DNA of 64,000 nucleotides, from positions 122,355 through 186,354 of the forward strand of contig RDEW01000072.1 in the NCBI GenBank assembly GCA_011109175.1, in the 5' to 3' direction. The notes under the pieces are model-generated. The model did not search any database, was not told the origin of the DNA, and saw only the letters and a list, made by a program, of their open reading frames with translations. This document shows, in pieces, positions 62,780-64,000 of this stretch. Both the position numbers and the translations under genes were made by a program. The DNA comes from Dicyema japonicum (taxonomy: Eukaryota > Animalia > Dicyemida). Within the stretch, counting starts at the first letter, position 1. The number at the start of each line of letters is the position of its first letter.

Positions 62780-63410
62780 TATCCGTGAATGTAGTCATCA
62801 AGTACTATCTGTTAGAGGACAACGACTGGAGCTGAGAATTCTGGGTTCGTGTGTACGAGATCCACTACTTTGGTTTCAACTTCGTACACTCCTATGGAAA
62901 CAAACTCCTCAATATAATGATAATATATTGCTAGCTGTTTCTGGACAGACCCATTCTCGGGAATGTCGCACAAACTGAAATGCAAATATTACTTTGTCCT
63001 AAAAATAGAAATTATATTTTGTACATTTAGGTGATGCGCAGTTTAAGATGTGTATCATCTACAAATTTTTTACCTTTCTTTCTCACGGGATTCTGCACGA
63101 AAGCATACTTTGGTAGCTGCAGAAAAAATGCGAAAGAAAAGAAGATGAGAAAATGATGAAGAATCGTTGAATGTAGGAGACAGAGTCATTCTACGAATGG
63201 ACTGTGATTACAATCAAACAACGAAAAAAATCCATTATATGAGCACTTGGAGCGAAGGCATACTTTGGTAGCTGCAGAAAAAATCCGAAAGAAAAGAAGA
63301 TGGGAAAATGATGAAGAATCGTTGAATGTAGGAAACAGAGTCATTCTACAAATGGACTGTGATTACAATCAAACAACGAAAAAAATCCATTATATGAGCA
63401 CTTGGAGTAA
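62780..63410 (+). mobile_element. Gypsy/Ginger-type integrase C-terminal remnant with ~155-bp tandem duplication
   Basis: SSTNFLPFFLTG and LNVGDRVILRMDCDYNQTTKK, the latter duplicated at ~63102-63256 and ~63257-63409. Confidence 0.4.
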
Positions 63411-63489
63411 ATATGGTTAGATTTTCGAGATTAAGGTTAGGGTTTAAGTTTTATGTTTGAGTAAAAGTTTTAACGCTTTGGAATTTCTT

Positions 63490-64000
63490 ATTATTATTAC
63501 CCCCAGGATCACTGGGTCAAAGAGAAAGAAATAAAAGTTCTCATCTAACTAAGTGATCTCAGACCGACAAAGGTGAGGACGAGTCCGGCGGGGTCGAGAA
63601 TCCTGAACAGCTCTTCTCATAGGACATGGCATCGGCTCACAATTTCTGTATGATTGTAGATAATTCGATAGTATTTGGAATAGAGGGCAGCTCGGTAGAA
63701 CAGCCTCCTTTAATAGTTTCCGTTGTATTTCAATTAAAAAATTTTCAATAGGTTGGATGTTGTGATCTGGTCCAATTAACCTTATTGCAGTTTCCTCGAT
63801 TGCAGATAACTTCAATGTGGAAGATCGTGACATTTGCATTGCCCATGAAGGACTTGCATACGTCATCGTTGGTCGGATGAATTGTTTGTAAATCGTGGCA
63901 AAGGATCCCAGTTTGATCTCTAAGTGTTTTTGAGAGCACTTTTAAAATTCTCATTTTTTTCAGAGCAGAAGTTACTCTGTTTTCAACATGCCGGATAAAG
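63490..64000 (-). mobile_element. I/Ingi-like LINE 3' part running off the window
   Basis: Closely similar to 57984-58490; YASPSWAMQMSRSSTLKLSAIEETAIRLIG; same tail. Confidence 0.85.

Noticed and set aside
63102-63409. ~155-bp tandem duplication as a functional array
   Set aside because: Only two units, inside a dead integrase remnant near other assembly joins. It may be a haplotype artefact and has no spacer structure.
1-64000. Bacterial, microsporidian or ciliate origin; CRISPR or defence system
   Set aside because: Dense spliceosomal introns, standard stop usage, an Emi1-like gene and a mitochondrial carrier point to an animal. I saw no repeat-spacer array, operon or cas-like ORF.

Overview
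AT-rich eukaryotic nuclear DNA (standard code), most likely from a highly reduced parasitic animal of dicyemid or myxozoan type; the taxon is inferred, not shown. Hand-splicing recovers about ten host genes: a GT31 galactosyltransferase, Cu/Zn SOD plus a decayed partial duplicate, two LAMP-like proteins, an SLC25A33/36 mitochondrial carrier, a WD40 protein, SEM1/DSS1, an HtrL/YibB-family protein, an Emi1-like APC/C inhibitor, TMBIM6/BI-1 and a PDP-type phosphatase fragment. These genes are cut by miniature GT-AG introns: 34 of the 38 I reconstructed are 21-30 nt, and several sit at positions I recall as conserved in human orthologues. The rest of the window is a dense field of decayed transposons (RTE, Jockey, I/Ingi-like, CRE-like and R2/R4-like LINEs, hAT-Buster, MULE, integrase remnants, SINE-like repeats). 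The most striking signal is an Ingi/L1Tc-like architecture: a covarying HDV-like nested pseudoknot, then a 2A-like StopGo peptide, then an APE-RT LINE. At least four short non-autonomous derivatives carry the same fold, resembling the RIME/NARTc/SIDER elements of trypanosomatids. No CRISPR array, rRNA or intact tRNA was found. All calls come from manual translation and comparison; no database search was run.
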